From positions 129,411,677 through 129,475,676 of the forward strand of contig NC_068982.1 in the NCBI RefSeq assembly GCF_001194135.2: 64,000 nt of DNA. The letters are read 5' to 3'. Below the pieces are notes generated by a model. That model did no database searches. It was not told where the DNA came from and worked only from the letters and a program-made list of their open reading frames with translations. Origin of the DNA: Octopus bimaculoides (lineage: Eukaryota). Positions 63,761 to 64,000 of this stretch are shown here, one piece after another. Position numbers and translations under genes: made by a program. How positions within the stretch are numbered: the first letter of the stretch is position 1; each line of letters starts with the position of its first letter.

Positions 63761-64000
63761 TGTATATACACACACGCACCCAAACACACGTATATATATG
63801 TATATCAATATAAATATATGAAAGTCAATGAAGTTTCGTAAAAGAAGGTGATCATGTACATACTTTCTTGCTGTTGTGATTATAACACCTCGTTGTAAAC
63901 AATGTTCCTTGTTTTCCCTTGTGGAGCATATACAAATAGGTTTTTTTGCTGCCCACTCTTGAGCAGCCAACATACAGTTGTCCATGTGAGAAGCAGGGCT

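Overview
AT-rich, intron-containing metazoan DNA. The SINE and RTE repeat families look like those of Octopus (inference). There are no prokaryotic features, CRISPR arrays, rRNA or intact tRNA genes. Five protein-coding genes were assembled by hand from splice sites, in strictly alternating orientation: cytosolic valyl-tRNA synthetase (-, first four coding exons, runs off the left edge), PTGES2 (+, 6 exons, 402 aa), bublin/C9orf16 (-, 2 coding exons, 101 aa, missed by the ORF track), the DECD helicase UAP56/DDX39 (+, 9 coding exons, 427 aa) and PCM1 (-, 1889 aa in a single exon). Introns and intergenic DNA hold many RTE LINE 3' ends, tRNA-derived SINEs, an internally deleted Ty3/Gypsy element, hAT and TA-TSD MITEs, decayed MULE and Tc1/mariner remnants, and a 91-bp Helitron. 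The best leads are: (1) VARS-PTGES2-BBLN-DDX39 looks like a surviving proto-MHC neighbourhood (human 6p21.3 genes flanking human 9q34.11 neighbours); (2) a non-repetitive GC-enriched island in DDX39 intron 4 that would give premature stops (candidate autoregulatory poison exon); (3) an intronless PCM1; (4) a nested-palindrome transposon with divergent telomeric repeats at its centre; (5) inverted RTE pairs that could fold pre-mRNAs into editing or back-splicing substrates. All homology calls come from motif recognition by eye, not database searches.
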